A DNA stretch of 20,546 bases from an uncultured Bacilli bacterium. GTDB taxonomy: Bacteria > Bacillota_I > Bacilli_A > RF39 > UBA660. Location: NCBI GenBank assembly GCA_947626095.1, contig CANQQV010000021.1, positions 1 to 20,546 on the forward strand, in the 5' to 3' direction. A program made the translations under genes and the position numbers. This document shows positions 18,469 through 20,546 of this stretch, one piece after another. The notes beneath the pieces were generated by a model. It searched no databases. It saw only the letters and a program-made list of their open reading frames with translations, and was not told the DNA's origin. Position 1 is the first letter of the stretch; each line of letters begins with the position of its first letter.

Positions 18469-19377
18469 ATGTATATACCTGACAACATACAAATATTACG
18501 TAATAAATTATTTGAACGTCAAAACAATTTTAAATCTTTTACTGAAATAACCACTGAAGATTTAGAAAAAATTAAAAATGAAGCTCAAGAATTTATTTCC
18601 CGTTTCAATCAAAACGAATCATTAATTCCCTACTCTAAATCAGCTTTATACGAAAAAGTTCTTAGTCGTATTACTTATTATCCGCATAATCAATATTATC
18701 GTGATTTCGATAAACAAATCATTTTTGTTATCTATGCTATGGATCCTAACTTATTAATGTACAAACTTTATTTAGCAACTGATATTCCTAAAGTTCAAAG
18801 TAAAGATCCAGAAATACGTACTAACGAAAGAAAGAAACATAACGAAGCAGTCAGTACATATCACAACCAATTATTAAAACTAATCGGTATTACTGAACAA
18901 GACTTATTAAAATATGAAGAAATCCTTTTTAATAAATTTTATAAAGATAAAGAACTAGTTAAAGGAGTTAATAAAAATAAAATAGATAATCTCATGTTTT
19001 ATACACCATTTTTAAAATCTTTTAATAGTATAACTCCTGAAAGATATCAAGAACTTAAAGAAATAGCCAACCAATGGCTTACTGATAATCAATATGATGA
19101 TCATAAAACAACTACAGCTACTGCCGTTTATAATATTTTATCGCAAAATAAAGTATTAGGTCTTAAATCATTAGCTGAACAATTCTGTTTTTTTATCATG
19201 CTAATCGACCCCGAACTAGATATACTAAAAATATACGAAGAAGAATCGAGAATACCTAATATTACTAATCGTATCAAAGAAAGATTTAACTTCTATTATC
19301 CCGATTTTATTAGAATTGAAAAACTATATCATCAAACCTTCTGTCCCGAATTAGAAGTCAATCCTTGGAAAAAATAG
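18469..19377 (+). CDS. Hypothetical cytoplasmic protein with a two-fold internal repeat
   Basis: 302-aa ORF with promoter and SD; no family recognised. Confidence 0.75.
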   Translation: MYIPDNIQILRNKLFERQNNFKSFTEITTEDLEKIKNEAQEFISRFNQNESLIPYSKSALYEKVLSRITYYPHNQYYRDFDKQIIFVIYAMDPNLLMYKLYLATDIPKVQSKDPEIRTNERKKHNEAVSTYHNQLLKLIGITEQDLLKYEEILFNKFYKDKELVKGVNKNKIDNLMFYTPFLKSFNSITPERYQELKEIANQWLTDNQYDDHKTTTATAVYNILSQNKVLGLKSLAEQFCFFIMLIDPELDILKIYEEESRIPNITNRIKERFNFYYPDFIRIEKLYHQTFCPELEVNPWKK

Positions 19378-19385
19378 GTGATTTT

Positions 19386-20453
19386 ATGGAAAAACAAGAA
19401 CTTGATAAAATAAGAAAAGATTTAAATGAAACTAAAAGATTAATGCTTCGTAATGCCGAATTTGAATCAATTGATCCCTTTATGCAAAATTTATTAGGTA
19501 TCAATAATTTTAATAATGACACTCAATATGATTCACTATATACCAATGCTACTGAAGATATGCGTACTTACTATCAAATATATAATAAACCAAAATCTTT
19601 TTTATCTATTGGTGCATCAGGTGATCAAGTTGCTAACGCAATTAATAGTGGCGCTACTACTATCGATGTCTATGATTCTAATCTTTTATGCCGTTATGCG
19701 GTGTCTCTCCGTCTCGCTGCTATTAAAGCCTTAACTAAAAAAGAACTATTAGCTTTTTACGAAACATTTAATGAACGATTATTTGCTAAATTAGCTTATA
19801 ACTTAGATGAACTAGCATTAAACTATTGGGGCAACTTATATATGATGTTTGAAGGTAATGCTCCTATGATTATTCGTAATACTTTGTTTACTTATAAAAG
19901 ACTAGATACTTCACTTATCTTTAAGATGAACTCTTATTTAGATGACTCTAACTATAAACAAATGAAAGATAAAATAAATAATAGCCAAATAACTTTCTTT
20001 GATAGTGATTTATATAGTTTACCAAACGTTATTGGTAATAAAACATATGATGCTATGACTTTATCTAATATTTACGAATATCTAAATTATGGCCGTAACG
20101 TCTCACTTGCTAAAGCCAAAGAATATCGTAACTTCGTTATTAACAGTTTACTACCCCATTTAAATCCTAATGGAGCTATAATGGTTTCTTATCTATATGC
20201 ATATAGCCAAGAAATAAATGAAGACTTTGCTAAAATGTATCAAAAAGAACCAGATAAAGTTGTTCCATCTGGGGCGATGAGTTTAGACGAATATCCCTAT
20301 TATATAGCTGGTTTAACAACCCAAAATCTATCTTATTATCTACTTTTAAAAGCTTTTAAAAATGATCCAATTACCCTTTTACCAACTGAACATATCGAAT
20401 TTGGCCAAAGTAAAGATATGTCTCACGACTTAGCTCTTTGTTTAAAAAAATGA
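19386..20453 (+). CDS. DUF3419/BtaA-like class I SAM-dependent transferase
   Basis: LSIGASGDQ...GATTIDVYDSN.....L.LAAI..L, YD...LSNIYEY and LNPNG motifs. Start is probably ATG 19386 after AGGTGA. Confidence 0.65.
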   Translation: MEKQELDKIRKDLNETKRLMLRNAEFESIDPFMQNLLGINNFNNDTQYDSLYTNATEDMRTYYQIYNKPKSFLSIGASGDQVANAINSGATTIDVYDSNLLCRYAVSLRLAAIKALTKKELLAFYETFNERLFAKLAYNLDELALNYWGNLYMMFEGNAPMIIRNTLFTYKRLDTSLIFKMNSYLDDSNYKQMKDKINNSQITFFDSDLYSLPNVIGNKTYDAMTLSNIYEYLNYGRNVSLAKAKEYRNFVINSLLPHLNPNGAIMVSYLYAYSQEINEDFAKMYQKEPDKVVPSGAMSLDEYPYYIAGLTTQNLSYYLLLKAFKNDPITLLPTEHIEFGQSKDMSHDLALCLKK

Positions 20454-20470
20454 CACTAAATGTGTCATTT
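20448..20470. terminator. Hairpin overlapping the stop codon, possibly a bidirectional terminator
   Basis: aaatgacac-taaat-gtgtcattt, a perfect 9-bp stem with an A run on the left. Confidence 0.6.
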
Positions 20471-20481
20471 GGTTGTATTAT

Positions 20482-20520
20482 AAATAGTGTTGGTGAGAAA
20501 TCTCTTCACTATTTTTTATT
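20482..20520 (+). terminator. Second hairpin followed by a T tract
   Basis: aaatagtg...cactattt outer stem with inner gaga/tctc pairing, followed by T-rich sequence. Confidence 0.45.
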
Positions 20521-20546
20521 TCATCAAAAAGACATAAGTTTGTTAC

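Noticed and set aside
20471-20546. Possible riboswitch or small RNA at the right edge
   Set aside because: Only simple hairpins are seen, no recognisable family motif, and context is cut by the window edge.

Overview
AT-rich bacterial chromosomal window in standard genetic code. The gene order tgt-YrzE-DUF421-spoVB-comN-rel-dtd resembles Bacilli, so a reduced-genome, low-GC Bacillota host is inferred. The left 5.3 kb holds the main signal, which looks like a cassette-based antigenic-variation system. A complete expression site (consensus TTGACA-17-TATACT promoter, SD, ATG at 110, full signal peptide) runs off the left edge. Directly upstream, in the same orientation, lie three ~1.2-kb divergent beta-helix-like surface-protein cassettes. 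Each cassette is bounded by a perfectly conserved 39-bp 5' repeat (C-terminal part of the signal peptide) and a ~79-bp 3' repeat (linker plus APNTYD sortase-like motif). None has both a full signal peptide and a full anchor. The visible start of the expressed copy is identical to the middle cassette. A 20-bp inverted repeat separates the array from the promoter. An Rpn/PD-(D/E)XK nuclease gene, with a terminator and a candidate internal RpnS-like start, abuts the far end of the array. The rest of the window is housekeeping and membrane/hypothetical genes. Oddities there include a Rel with a degenerate HD hydrolase motif, a spoVB-like gene with ACG at the expected start, an atypical TGT pocket loop and several paralogous membrane-anchored proteins.
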